From NCBI GenBank assembly GCA_963840645.1, contig CAWIZL010000002.1:273663-337662 (forward strand): 64,000 bases of DNA, in the 5' to 3' direction. The notes under the pieces are model-generated. The model did not search any database. It was given only the letters and a program-made list of their open reading frames with translations, and was not told the DNA's origin. This document shows positions 53,268-63,505 of this stretch, piece after piece (position 1 is the stretch's first letter; every line of letters begins with the position of its first letter). A program made the translations under genes and the position numbers. This DNA comes from Candidatus Doudnabacteria bacterium. GTDB lineage: Bacteria; Patescibacteriota; Doudnabacteria; UBA920; VMFF01.

Positions 53268-54435
53268 ATGAACAAAAAGGTTTACATTATCCTGGGTGGA
53301 ATTCTGCTGCTCATCATTGTGGTTGTTGTTTTTATTTTTTTCTTAAAATCTAAGGGTACGCCGAGCACCCCAAGCACCACTGTCACGACCACTGGCACCA
53401 CGCCCACTGCTACGCCGACATCTACGGCTCTGGCAACCCCGACGCCAACCCCAACGGGAACCTCTGTCCTCACAAAGTTTAGCTCAGTGCCCAGCCATTA
53501 GCCCTGCGTTCTCGTACGATAACCTATCAATGTGGTACTTCAGCCCAGATGGCCACCTGTACAAGGTGAGCCTGCAGACAGGCCTCGAGCAAGAGTACCC
53601 GCTCCCATCTAACAGCCAAACCAGCAGCGTCATTTGGCCGCTCGTCGGCAACGACTTCATCACGGTGAGCACCACGTCCGGTGGCGTGAACACGTTCAGC
53701 TACTACAGCAGCGCGAACAAGACGTTCACGCAGTACCCATCCAACGTCACGTCTGTTGATTTCTTGCCAGACGGCGTGCACGTTGCGTACGAATGGGTGA
53801 ACGCAGCCGGCAAGGGAGAGCTGCAGGTCGCCAACTCAGACCTCACGGGCTACAAGAACATTGTTGCCCTGCCAGATCCAGACGACGTCATCCAGGTTTC
53901 GCCGCTCGGCAACAAGGTGCTCGCGTACAGTGCCTCAGCGCCGACGAACGGCAAGCTCTACCTCATCACGCTCGACACTGACCAAATCTACACGTTGCCA
54001 ACTGCTGCCAGCAACCAGGCAATCTGGGCGCCGAGCGGCGAGAACTTCATTTGGAACAAGAACGTAACGTCGCCCGTTGTGGCAAGCTCGTCGCAGGACG
54101 AGTACTACGGCGACCTGACAACTGAGAAGGATACTGACCTGAAAATTCAGACCCCGGTTGCGAAAATGACTTTTGATAGCACTGGACAGAACATGTACTA
54201 CGCAGTGGCATCTACGGGCGGCGCTGGCGACACTCTCTACAAGATGAATTTACAGACGTTCATCGCTACGCCCATCTTGACCAGCGCGCAAGCTGGGACG
54301 CAGCTGAGCGCGTACGACCTGCTCATCTCGCCTAACGGCAACACAATCTACTTCAAGAACGTAGCTGATGGGGGTCCTGTACGGGGCGAGTGTTGGCAGT
54401 GCTTCTTCCACGAGCGGGAGCTAGTTAAATTCTAG
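53268..54435 (+). CDS. Membrane-anchored TolB-like beta-propeller protein, split by an indel near 53490
   Basis: TM helix VYIILGGILLLIIVVVVFIFF. Repeated PD40-like motifs SPDGHLY, LPDGVHVAY, SPLGNKVLAY, APSGENFIW and SPNGNTIYF. ORFs 53268..53501 and 53530..54435 are contiguous in adjacent frames. Confidence 0.6.
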
Positions 54436-55146
54436 CAGTGTTATAAGTGGGTAGCGGTACATTTTGTACTGCCTGCCAAAGCTTCGCGTTTCAGTTTTTT
54501 CCATTACATCTGAAATGTGCGTGAGCGTGAAGCCAGCTGCAATGCTGGCCTCAATCATTTCTGGCAGCGTGTAGAAGTACGACGTGTTGCCGCTGTGCCA
54601 CTTGAACGAGCGGTCTTTGCTGCGTGCAAGTGCTCCGTAGTCGCGCGTCTTGAGGTTTGCCTTGCGGTTGAGGATTCTCCCGATGAGTCCGCGCTTCCAC
54701 GTGCCAACTGGAAAACTGTAGTACGGGTTTGCAACTGTCACGAGTAGCGTGCCGTTTGGCTCTAAGAGCGAGTGCAGGTTTTTGAGGACAGCGGGCATGT
54801 CTGCAAAATCGTGCAGTGCCATGTTCAGCACCACTGTCGAGAAGCTCGCAGCTGCGTACGGTAGATTTTTTTCCAATAGATCTGCCACATCAAAGTGAAC
54901 GTTTGGGTACGAGGCACGGGCAGCTTCAATGAGCGAGGCTGATGCATCACAGGCAGAGACCTTGAATTTTTCTCCAGCGAGCTTCCCGGCAAACCACCCT
55001 GTGCCACAGGCTGCGTCTAAAACATTGCCGCCTTTCACGCACGGAAAAACAGCTTCCCACACCAGCCGCTGCTGGGTTTCGCCCTCTTCAGATTCCATGA
55101 AGCTTGCGTAGCTGGCTGCGTTTTTAGGTTCGCTGTACGAATTCAT
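54421..55146 (-). CDS. Class I SAM-dependent methyltransferase
   Basis: VLDAACGTGWFAGKLA (motif I)..VVLNMALHDF. Confidence 0.85.
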   Translation of the reverse strand: MNSYSEPKNAASYASFMESEEGETQQRLVWEAVFPCVKGGNVLDAACGTGWFAGKLAGEKFKVSACDASASLIEAARASYPNVHFDVADLLEKNLPYAAASFSTVVLNMALHDFADMPAVLKNLHSLLEPNGTLLVTVANPYYSFPVGTWKRGLIGRILNRKANLKTRDYGALARSKDRSFKWHSGNTSYFYTLPEMIEASIAAGFTLTHISDVMEKTETRSFGRQYKMYRYPLITLLEFN

Positions 55147-55168
55147 GCATCTATTATACCATTAGCCT

Positions 55169-56548
55169 ATGGCTTTGAAGGCAACCACAAAATCTAGCGC
55201 ACCAAAGATGGTGTTCCGCTGCTCAACGTGCTCAGCTGTGTACCCGCGGTGGCAGGGCAAGTGCACGTCGTGCGGTAGCTGGGATACGTTGGTAGAAGAG
55301 CGTCAGCAGACAGCTGCGAACTTTGGCATTGGCGGCAACATTGGCACAGGAAGCCGGGGCAATAGCTCTGCAAACGTACACAAGCTCTCTGACGTTGACG
55401 ATGCCCACACAGTCCGCATCCCATCTGGCATGGCAGCGTTCGATGAAGTGCTCGGCGGCGGCATTGTGCCTGGGTCTTTAATTTTACTCGGCGGTGATCC
55501 AGGCGTTGGCAAGTCAACGCTCGCGCTCGAGATTGCCAGTATCTTAAAGGTGAAAACGCTGTACGTGACAGGCGAAGAGTCGCTCCACCAGCTCAAGATT
55601 CGCGCAACGCGCCTCGGCACTGGCGCCAATTTGTACGCGTACGCTGAGACACAGTTGAACTCAGTCCTCGATGCTGTTGCAGCGACACAGCCAGCAGTCG
55701 TTATCATAGACTCGATCCAGACAATGTACGCTGACGTTGCAACTGGCGTTGCCGGCAGCGTGTCGCAGGTGTCATTCATCACGCAGGTCATCATGCGCCT
55801 GGCAAAAGAGGCGAACATCACGTTCGTGCTCATCGGCCACGTTACCAAAGAGGGTTTCTTGGCAGGGCCAAAGACGCTCGAGCACATGGTGGACACAGTG
55901 CTGTACTTAGAGGGCGAGCGCTTCACGTCGTTTCGAATTCTGCGCGCTGTGAAGAACCGCTTTGGCACCAGCAACGAGGTTGCGATTTTTGAAATGACAG
56001 GCCGCGGCATTCATCCCGTTGCAAACCCGTCTGAAATGTTCTTGCAAGAAGGGGATCGCGAGGCACCGGGCAACGTTGTCACGGCTGTCATTGAGGGAAG
56101 CCGCGCACTGCTCTTAGAAATTCAGTCGCTCACGTCGAAGACGAGCGTCAGCTACCCAAAGCGCACTGCATCTGGTTTTGACTTCAACCGTTTGCAGCTC
56201 ATTGCCGCGATAATTTCTAAGCGGCTGAACCTGAGCCTATCGATGTACGACATCTACGTCAACGTTGTTGGCGGCATGAAGATTTCTGATCCATCAGCTG
56301 ATTTGGCTGTTGCGCTGGCAATAGTTTCGAGCGTCAAAGATCTATCACTGAAGGGAACCGTTGCCATTGGCGAGCTCGGGCTATCTGGCGAAATTCGCAC
56401 AGTGCCAAACTTGGAGAAGCGCGTTCGCGAGGCAGAGAAGCTCGGCTTCAAGAAAGTATTGGTGCCATCAGGCACAAAGGTCACGTCTACAAAAACTGAA
56501 ATTGTGAAAGCTAAAAATTTGACTGATGTGGTGAGGCTGCTGAGCTAG
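55169..56548 (+). CDS. radA: DNA repair protein RadA/Sms
   Basis: CSTCSAVYPRWQGKCTSCGSW (zinc finger), GGDPGVGKSTL (Walker A), KNRFG, and a Lon-like C-terminal domain. Confidence 0.95.
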   Translation: MALKATTKSSAPKMVFRCSTCSAVYPRWQGKCTSCGSWDTLVEERQQTAANFGIGGNIGTGSRGNSSANVHKLSDVDDAHTVRIPSGMAAFDEVLGGGIVPGSLILLGGDPGVGKSTLALEIASILKVKTLYVTGEESLHQLKIRATRLGTGANLYAYAETQLNSVLDAVAATQPAVVIIDSIQTMYADVATGVAGSVSQVSFITQVIMRLAKEANITFVLIGHVTKEGFLAGPKTLEHMVDTVLYLEGERFTSFRILRAVKNRFGTSNEVAIFEMTGRGIHPVANPSEMFLQEGDREAPGNVVTAVIEGSRALLLEIQSLTSKTSVSYPKRTASGFDFNRLQLIAAIISKRLNLSLSMYDIYVNVVGGMKISDPSADLAVALAIVSSVKDLSLKGTVAIGELGLSGEIRTVPNLEKRVREAEKLGFKKVLVPSGTKVTSTKTEIVKAKNLTDVVRLLS

Positions 56549-58576
56549 CTACTCCAAGTGTACGAACTTTTCTTTCACCTTTGCCTTTAAATCTGGGTAG
56601 CTCGCGAGCTTTGGATCAACGCTGAGTAAAGCGATTGCCCACTCTTTGGCTGCCTTGTTCAAGTCTGCGTGGTCTGCGAGCGAGAAGAACCTGAATGAGT
56701 AGAAGCCTGACTGCTGGTCACCAAACACGTCGCCACTGCCGCGAAGCTGCATGTCGAGCTCTGCAAGCTGGAAGCCATCTTGGATGTGCACAAACTTTTC
56801 TAAGCGTTCACTCGGCGCGTTCGCAAACAGCATGCAGAACGACTGGTGGTCTGCGCCAGCAGCTCGTCCGCGCAGCTGGTGGAGCTGCGCAAGGCCAAAG
56901 CGGTCAGCGCCCTCAACGACCATGACGCTCGCGTTCGGCACGTCAACGCCAACTTCAATGACAGACGTGCTCACCAGGATGTGCGTTTTGTTCGCCAGGA
57001 AGTCTGCCATTGCAGTTTCCTTTGCAGCGCTGCTCATCTTGCCGTGGAGCAGGCCAATTTTATACTGCGGAAAAATTTTCTTGAGGTTCTCAAACTCTGT
57101 TGTCGCAGATTTGGACTCCGCAGATTCTTCGATGAGGGGCGTGACCACGAACGCCTGGCGACCCTTTGCAATTTCACTGGAAATGAAATTGTACGCGCGG
57201 CTGCGATCCTCTGGCTGGATAAGTTTTGTAACCACAGGTTTGCGGCCAACGGGCTTCTCGCGAATGGCAGAAACTTCTAGGTCGCCGAACATGGCAAGCC
57301 TCAGCGTGCGGGGGATTGGCGTTGCCGTCATTGAGAGCAGGTGAGGGTGCGTTTTCCCGTTGCCGAGTGCAGCCCGCTGCCTCACGCCAAACCTGTGCTG
57401 CTCGTCTATGACCACCAGCGCTAAATCCTTGAACGTGACGTTTTTTTCGAGCGTTGCGTGCGTGCCAATGACGAGGTGCGGGCCGCCGTGCGCAATCTCT
57501 TCCAGCACTGTTTTCTTGGCCACGTCTGTGCCATTGAGCTTTGCTGTTTTTCCGGTGAGCAGAATGCAGCTTACGCTTGGGTACCCTGCAAACCTTTCGA
57601 GCGCAGAAGCATAGTGCTGCTGCGCCAGAATTTCTGTTGGACAGAGAATTGCTACCTCGTTGCCTTGCTGAAGAGCCTCGAGGGCTGCTGCAAACGCCAC
57701 TAAGGTTTTTCCAGACCCAACATCCCCCTCGAGCAGCCTGTTCATTGGCGTTGTTTTTTCTAAATCTTTCAGGATGTCCCACAGTGCCTTCTTTTGCCCG
57801 AGCGTCAGGGTGAACGGCAGTGTACCTAAGAACTCTTTTACCAGTTTCTGATTAAATGCAATCTGCAGTGCTCGCTGTCCGCGCAGCTGGGCCTTGTGCT
57901 GCGCCACAGCTAACTGCACAACGAGAATTTCTTCAAACGCCATGCGGCGCTGGCTAGCAGCAAGCGCAGCTCCATTTTCTGGAAAGTGTAAATTCTTGAC
58001 TGCCGTGCGAATGAGCGGCAGCTTGAGCTCCCGCAGTGCATCGCCAGGCAGGTTTTCTGAAACCTCATCGAGTTCACGTAGTGCCGTGTGCACCAAGTCG
58101 CGCAGTGCCTTCTGTGGCACCCCAGCTGTGACGTGGTAGATTGGCACAATGCGCCCAGCGTGGATTCGCTCTTCGGTAACTTTCTCGTACTGCGGGTTCA
58201 TGAGCACGAGGTGCCCTGAGTACTGAACAGTGCCAGACAGAAACAGCTCATCTCCCTTTGCGATTTGCTTTGCAACCCACGGCTGGTTGAACCACGTCAC
58301 TCGGATAGACCCAGTATCGTCTGACACGACGGCCTCTGTTCGCCCCATGTGCCTGCCAAAGCGTGGTGTTGCCTTGACCTGTTTCACCGTGCCCCTGATG
58401 GTGGTGGATTCGTCAGCTTTCAGCTCAGCAACCTTCTGCACGTGCGAAAAATCTTCGTACCTAAACGGAAAATGCCAGATTAAGTCCAGGGTAGTTTTAA
58501 TGCCAAGCTTCATTAACTTTAGCGCGTAACGAGTATTTAATTGACCACTTAATGCCGTCCGTGAAGGTGTTGCCAT
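56549..58576 (-). CDS. recG: ATP-dependent DNA helicase RecG
   Basis: LEGDVGSGKTLVA, VIDEQHRFGV, MTATPIPRTL, QLHQLRGR. Confidence 0.95.
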   Translation of the reverse strand: MATPSRTALSGQLNTRYALKLMKLGIKTTLDLIWHFPFRYEDFSHVQKVAELKADESTTIRGTVKQVKATPRFGRHMGRTEAVVSDDTGSIRVTWFNQPWVAKQIAKGDELFLSGTVQYSGHLVLMNPQYEKVTEERIHAGRIVPIYHVTAGVPQKALRDLVHTALRELDEVSENLPGDALRELKLPLIRTAVKNLHFPENGAALAASQRRMAFEEILVVQLAVAQHKAQLRGQRALQIAFNQKLVKEFLGTLPFTLTLGQKKALWDILKDLEKTTPMNRLLEGDVGSGKTLVAFAAALEALQQGNEVAILCPTEILAQQHYASALERFAGYPSVSCILLTGKTAKLNGTDVAKKTVLEEIAHGGPHLVIGTHATLEKNVTFKDLALVVIDEQHRFGVRQRAALGNGKTHPHLLSMTATPIPRTLRLAMFGDLEVSAIREKPVGRKPVVTKLIQPEDRSRAYNFISSEIAKGRQAFVVTPLIEESAESKSATTEFENLKKIFPQYKIGLLHGKMSSAAKETAMADFLANKTHILVSTSVIEVGVDVPNASVMVVEGADRFGLAQLHQLRGRAAGADHQSFCMLFANAPSERLEKFVHIQDGFQLAELDMQLRGSGDVFGDQQSGFYSFRFFSLADHADLNKAAKEWAIALLSVDPKLASYPDLKAKVKEKFVHLE

Positions 58577-58671
58577 TAAATAAATACTACCATTTAACGT
58601 CCTGCACCAAAAGTTAATGGAAAAGTGTATAATGGGTAAGCATACCTAACTCTGATGGAAGGACTTGATTC

Positions 58672-59488
58672 GTGGCTGAAGATGTGGGCTCGCTAAAAAA
58701 TATTCAAAAGGCACCTGGCTGCATCCGTGTCGCTACGTTCAACGTGCACTTTGGCAGGAACCCGACAGCTATTGCTCAGCTCTTTAAAGCCAATGAAAAC
58801 CTTGCGCAAGCTGATGTGGTGCTGCTGCAGGAAATAGAGCACCGCACCAGGGAGAAGCTGGCCCGCACCGCAAAGGTGGCTCGCGCAATGAAGTGGAACT
58901 ACGTGTACATCCCAAACAGGGGAGCTCCCCAAAGACCGCGGATCGCACGGCATTGCCGTGCTCAGCCACCTGCCAATTCAGAACGTTGAATCAATCCAGC
59001 TGCCGTTCTATCCAACGCCCCAGCCTCGTCCGCGCGTGGCCGTGGGTTTTGAGGTGAACGTCAATGGCACAGCCGTGAAGATTTTCAACGTGCACCTGAG
59101 CGGTGCACTGAACTTCGGAGAGCGCATTGAGCAGCTCGACGCAGTGGTGCAGAGCGCGGGCAGCGCGGGAAGCGGGCCAATCATACTCGGCGGCGACTTC
59201 AACACAATTCCGCTGCTCATGCTCGGCCGCACGGTGCCAGTATTTTTTTCAAACCAGAAAGAGAAAGTTTACGAGTACCTCGAGGGTGCAGGGTTTGAGA
59301 CGCGGCAGAGCCGAGAGGCGGGGCACACCTTCAGGAAGAGCATTGCGCGCTTCCAGCTCGACGGCGTGTACACCAAGAATGCGAGCGTCGTGCAGTGCGG
59401 CGTTGAGCGCAGCACAAAGATTTCAGACCACTTTCCACTGTGGGCTGACGTGCAGGTAGAGCAGGTCAACTCACAGGTAGCAGCATGA
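58672..59488 (+). CDS. Endonuclease/exonuclease/phosphatase (EEP) family protein, with an indel in the G-run near 58920
   Basis: IRVATFNVHFG..VVLLQEI.. joins ..GSHGIAVLSHLPI..ILGGDFNT..ISDHFPLWADV. Confidence 0.8.
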
Positions 59489-61377
59489 CGCGGCAAGACC
59501 TGCTCGCAAACCTAAAGCGCTACGCGCAAGTTGCGTGGCTGCCAGTGGTGCTCACCATTCTTTTGGTTGTCGAAGTGTACCTGTTCAACCGCTGGCTGAA
59601 CATCATCCCATCTTTTTACTTTTTCCGGCGCACAGCTGCAAACGTCAGCCTTGGCGCGTTCATCTTTGGTTCAGCAATTTTTTTCAGGAGAAAGTCCAGC
59701 CGCTACATGTGGCTGGTCACGGCGTCTGTGTTCGTTGCGCTCGTATGCATCTCGCAGTACCTGTACTACGAGTACTCCGGTGGATTTCTGCAGGCATCTG
59801 CGCTCTCGTACGCTGGCCAAACAGGCGAGCTCGCTGGCACGATAAAGGCCCTGCTCACGTGGAAGCTGCTGCTCTTCATCAGCCCGCTGGCCGTAATCAC
59901 TGCAGGCTACTTTGTGATGAAGACCCAGCAGGCTGCAGCTCATATTTCTGGCTTCAAAGAAAAATCAATTGCCGCACTCATCCTCGTTACCCTTGTCTGC
60001 TCAGGCTACGGCGTACTGCTCGAGCTCGAGAAGCACGACTGGGGCGATACGTCGCGCCTCTTCGGCAGAATTTACGACGTGGCAACGCTGGAGGGGAAAA
60101 TTGGCATTGTGAACTACTACCTAGAAGACTTGGTGAAGTACGCGCTCTTGCCGCACAGCGCAACTCCGCAAGATACGGCTCTCGTGCAGAGCTTTGCAAA
60201 GGCCCAGGTGCAGCCAGTGCCACAGCCGCCAGCTAAGGGAGGAGACTTCGGCGAGCTCAAAGGTCGCAACCTGATCTTTCTACAAATAGAGTCGCTTGAG
60301 AACTGGGTGATTGGGTACAAAATTAACGGTCAGCTCGTGGCGCCAAACCTTACAGCCCTGGCAACACAAGGCAAGTACTTCCCAAACTACTACTCGCAGA
60401 TTGGCCCAGGCAACACTGCTGACGCGGAGTTTTCCACCCTGAACTCGCTCTACCCGCTGCCAGATGAAGTGGCTTTCATCACGTACGCCCAGCACCAGTA
60501 CACGGCGCTTCCATCGCTCTTGGATAGCAACGGCTACACCACAGCTGCAATGCACGGTGACGTGGCAACGTTCTGGAACCGCTCGAACGCCTACCCAAGC
60601 ATGGGCTACCAAAAAATTATCAGCCAGCAAGACTACACAATCCCACGGCCAATTGGCTTTGACAACCTAGGCGATAGCGACTTCTTCCAGCAGTCACTGC
60701 CAAAGGTACAGGCGCTGAAGCAGCCGTTCATGGCAACCCTCATCACGCTCAGCACGCACACGCCGTTTGAGCTGCCGCAAGATTTGCAGACCCTCAGCAT
60801 TCCGAGCAACACCACCCTCACGCCAACGCAGCAGCAGTACCTAGAGACTGTGCACTACAGCGACGCAGCCATTGGCAGCTTCATTGCAGGCCTGAAAGCT
60901 GATGGCCTCTACGACAATTCGCTCCTAGCAATTTACGGAGACCATGAGGCGTTCATTGGCACGCCAGACTCGCAAACAAACCACGTGCCGCTCATTCTGC
61001 TCGCGCCAGGTGCCGAAAACTTTAGCGGAACAGATACCACGCCTGGGAGCCACCTAGACCTGTACCCAACAGTTGTAGACTTGCTCGGAATCACGCCGCC
61101 AAAGAGCATTCTCGGCCAAGACCTGCTCACCACGAAGACGCCCGTAGTCACGCAGCGCGTGCTCGGCACTGGCGCCATCAAGTTCATTATAAGCTCAACG
61201 CTTAGGTACAATGGATCTGCAGACGGCGTGTTTGGGAATGGCACGTGCCAGTCGTGGCCTGCTGGGGCGAGCCTCCCAGTTTCAAACTGCCAGGCGCTGT
61301 ACAACCAGCAGCTTGAGACAACCGAAGTTTCTGATACTGTGGTACGCTACAACTTAGTGAACTCACTGAACCCTTAA
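59485..61377 (+). CDS. LTA-synthase-family sulfatase/phosphoglycerol transferase (5 TM plus extracellular alkaline-phosphatase-fold domain)
   Basis: NLIFLQIESLENW..GPGNTADAEFSTLNSLYP..HGD..TLSTHTPF..YGDH. The ATGA start overlaps the EEP stop. Confidence 0.85.
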   Translation: MTRQDLLANLKRYAQVAWLPVVLTILLVVEVYLFNRWLNIIPSFYFFRRTAANVSLGAFIFGSAIFFRRKSSRYMWLVTASVFVALVCISQYLYYEYSGGFLQASALSYAGQTGELAGTIKALLTWKLLLFISPLAVITAGYFVMKTQQAAAHISGFKEKSIAALILVTLVCSGYGVLLELEKHDWGDTSRLFGRIYDVATLEGKIGIVNYYLEDLVKYALLPHSATPQDTALVQSFAKAQVQPVPQPPAKGGDFGELKGRNLIFLQIESLENWVIGYKINGQLVAPNLTALATQGKYFPNYYSQIGPGNTADAEFSTLNSLYPLPDEVAFITYAQHQYTALPSLLDSNGYTTAAMHGDVATFWNRSNAYPSMGYQKIISQQDYTIPRPIGFDNLGDSDFFQQSLPKVQALKQPFMATLITLSTHTPFELPQDLQTLSIPSNTTLTPTQQQYLETVHYSDAAIGSFIAGLKADGLYDNSLLAIYGDHEAFIGTPDSQTNHVPLILLAPGAENFSGTDTTPGSHLDLYPTVVDLLGITPPKSILGQDLLTTKTPVVTQRVLGTGAIKFIISSTLRYNGSADGVFGNGTCQSWPAGASLPVSNCQALYNQQLETTEVSDTVVRYNLVNSLNP

Positions 61378-61389
61378 CAGCCGTTTTTT

Positions 61390-62145
61390 ATGGAGCCAAT
61401 GATTTTTCTGCTGACGCTCGTGTTCGTGGTGCTGCTCTTTGCCGTGTGCGGCAGGAAGGGGTTTCGCTCTTTTCTTTCTCTGGCAGTTACCGTGCTGGCA
61501 CTGGTGTGGGTGGTGACGCCGCTCATTGTGCACGGCTACAACCCTGTCGTGGTAACGCTCGTGTTGGCGCTGCCAATTCTGCTGCTCATCGTGTACCTCA
61601 CGGAAGGGTTCACCACTGTGTCGCACGTGTCTGTGGTTGCCGTAGCCCTGAACTTTTTGCTCACGAGCACCCTCACGTACTTTGCCGTTTCAGCCAGCCA
61701 CCTCACCGGAATTATTTCTGACGATGCCAGCTTCTTGGGGTTGACTGGAATAAACCTGCAGCAGCTGCTCATTGCGGGCATTATGCTGGGCACGCTCGGC
61801 ATTCTCACTGAAATGGTTGTCACGCAGGTTGCTACAGTGGCCGAGTTTGTGGAGGCATCGCCAAACGCGAGCCGCGCGCAAATTTATCGCCAGTCGTACA
61901 ACGTGGGCATTGCACACTTGGGGTCTATTATAAACACGCTGTTCTTGGTGTACGCTGGCGTATCGTTTCCGCTGCTCATCATTTACGCTGGCAGCAGCGC
62001 ATCGCTCTACAGCGCACTGAACTACGAGCCGCTCGCCAGCGAGGTCATCCGCACGCTCTGCGGCACCATTGGATTGATTGTTGCCATGCCAACCTCAACG
62101 TTGCTGGCCACGTGGTGGATTAAAAGGGAAAAGTCCGATTTTTAA
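61390..62145 (+). CDS. YibE/F-family membrane protein
   Basis: Polytopic; ..GIMLGTLGILTEMVVTQVATVAEF..YNVGIAHLGSIINTLFLVYAG.. Confidence 0.7.
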   Translation: MEPMIFLLTLVFVVLLFAVCGRKGFRSFLSLAVTVLALVWVVTPLIVHGYNPVVVTLVLALPILLLIVYLTEGFTTVSHVSVVAVALNFLLTSTLTYFAVSASHLTGIISDDASFLGLTGINLQQLLIAGIMLGTLGILTEMVVTQVATVAEFVEASPNASRAQIYRQSYNVGIAHLGSIINTLFLVYAGVSFPLLIIYAGSSASLYSALNYEPLASEVIRTLCGTIGLIVAMPTSTLLATWWIKREKSDF

Positions 62146-62171
62146 AAACACCAGCAGTGTTTTTTAGGAAA

Positions 62172-62258
62172 GCCGAGAGAACTTTTTAGGATCTTCGAAT
62201 TCCGTTTCTTTTGCGGAGCAAAAGACAGGAATGGGCGATCATAAAAAGTTCTCTCGGC
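62172..62258. repeat. Long palindromic intergenic element, copy C
   Basis: Perfect 17-bp arms GCCGAGAGAACTTTTTA and TAAAAAGTTCTCTCGGC. Core CTTCGAATTCCGTTTCTTTTGCGGAGCAAAAGACAGGAAT. Confidence 0.65.
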
Positions 62259-62267
62259 TCTTACTCT

Positions 62268-62344
62268 TGGTGACCTCGACAGGGTTCGAACCTGTGACCT
62301 TCAGCTCCGCAAGCTGACGCTCTATCCAGCTGAGCTACGAGGCC
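62268..62344 (-). tRNA. tRNA-Arg (anticodon GCG), CCA encoded
   Basis: GGCCTCG-TA-GCTC..GAGC-G-TCAGC-TTGCGGA-GCTGA-AGGTC-ACAGG-TTCGAAC-CCTGT-CGAGGTC-A-CCA. Confidence 0.9.
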
Positions 62345-62374
62345 TCGGGTGTGTGGCCACTAACAGACGCGGAT

Positions 62375-62839
62375 TTAAAACCTCAGGAACCTTCCAATTT
62401 TTGCAGACAGAGCCTCGTGGTTCATTGATCCCTCGCGCACGTAGCGCTTCAGCACGTCACGCACAACATCTGGGTTCTGCCCGTTGAAGTTGATGACGCG
62501 GTAGTGGTTCAGGTAGCCAGTTGTCTCAACGTGGAGCGCGCTCGCAGCATCGTGGTCAACTATCCAGAAGCGCTTGATGTTGCCGTACGGAACCATGAGC
62601 GTGCCGAGCAGCATGCCCTGGTCGCTGATGCTCACGTGCATTGGGCGCGGGCGCTGCTTCGTGATGAACCACACAATGCCTGCAATGAGCAGGAACGTGA
62701 CTGCCGCAAAAATGTCGCGCAGGATGACCTCGTACACGATCAGCGCAATGGCAATGAACCAGAACGTGAAGTACCACGCAGCATCTTTTTCGCGGTGCTC
62801 GTACTCGAACGTGTCCCACTGGAGCAGCTCTCTCGGCAT
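62375..62839 (-). CDS. Hypothetical two-TM membrane protein
   Basis: Start trimmed to the ATG at 62839 (MPRELLQWDTFEYEH) because the track N-terminus overlaps tRNA-Ser. Confidence 0.6.
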   Translation of the reverse strand: MPRELLQWDTFEYEHREKDAAWYFTFWFIAIALIVYEVILRDIFAAVTFLLIAGIVWFITKQRPRPMHVSISDQGMLLGTLMVPYGNIKRFWIVDHDAASALHVETTGYLNHYRVINFNGQNPDVVRDVLKRYVREGSMNHEALSAKIGRFLRF

Positions 62840-62881
62840 ACGTTTGGTGTTAGTTTTCTGTGGTGAACTCAAAAGCTTTGG

Positions 62882-62971
62882 TGGCGGTGGGGGAGGGATT
62901 CGAACCCTCGAGAGATTCATCACCTCTACTAGTTTTCAAGACTAGCTCGATAGACCACTCCGACACCCCAC
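62882..62971 (-). tRNA. tRNA-Ser (anticodon UGA), long variable arm, CCA encoded
   Basis: GGTGGGG..CTAGT-CTTGAAA-ACTAG-(variable arm TAGAGGTGATGAATCTCTC)-GAGGG-TTCGAAT-CCCTC-CCCCACC-G-CCA. Confidence 0.9.
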
Positions 62972-63029
62972 CAGGTTTTGCCCCTGGTAAAGCTGAGTAA
63001 ATTGTAACACAGCGCGGCTGTTTGCACAA

Positions 63030-63061
63030 ATGAAATGCCCGCCAGTCTTGCGACGGCGGGC
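63030..63061 (-). terminator. Hairpin terminator after the 63070 gene
   Basis: GCCCGCC (63037-63043)..GGCGGGC (63055-63061). In minus sense it is followed by ATTTCATTTGT. Confidence 0.45.
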
Positions 63062-63069
63062 GAGTGGGG

Positions 63070-63470
63070 CTAGTGGACTACCTCTTTAGGGATTGCCTGC
63101 TCCTGTATTTCTTTGAGCACTGCCCGCACAGCATCATCCGCAGCTTTTTTTGCTGCCGGTCTTCTGAAGGCGGCGGTCCTGAAAAGCTTTACGACTCTCA
63201 GCCACCTGTTGTCGGGCAAGAGAAGCTCCAGTTGTTTTTCCACCTCTTTCAACAGCAGACCTTCATTGAGAAGGCTCCTTTTCTTGTGGACGTGTCCTTT
63301 CATAGTCTCGCATCATCCGTCGGATGGCTTCTGGTGTTGCCCCGAGGTTTGTCAGGTGGGGAATGATCCGTTCGTACACCTTATAGTCGATTCCCAGAAG
63401 TGACCTCGGCCACCCTTCGATGCTTTTCTTTCAGAGCCTTTTCAGCCAATTTTTTTTCAGACTTAGCCAC
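63070..63470 (-). CDS. Hypothetical protein, apparently broken into 3 frames
   Basis: GGAGGA lies 4 nt before the GTG at 63470 (MAKSEKKLAEKALKEKHRR..). It continues in other frames as ..GWPRSLLGIDYKVYERIIPHLTNLGATPEAIRRMMRDY.. and then as track ORF 63070..63303. Confidence 0.4.
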
Positions 63471-63505
63471 AGTATCCTCCTCGAACCTATTCAAAAACTT
63501 CATAC

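Noticed and set aside
62840-62923. N-terminal extension of ORF 62375..62923 (MMNLSRVRIPPPPPPK..)
   Set aside because: It is the antisense translation of tRNA-Ser (62882..62971). The internal ATG at 62839 gives a sensible start.
63064-63403. Plus-strand ORFs 63064..63366 and 63113..63403
   Set aside because: The promoter, SD and terminators all point to minus-strand expression of this region.
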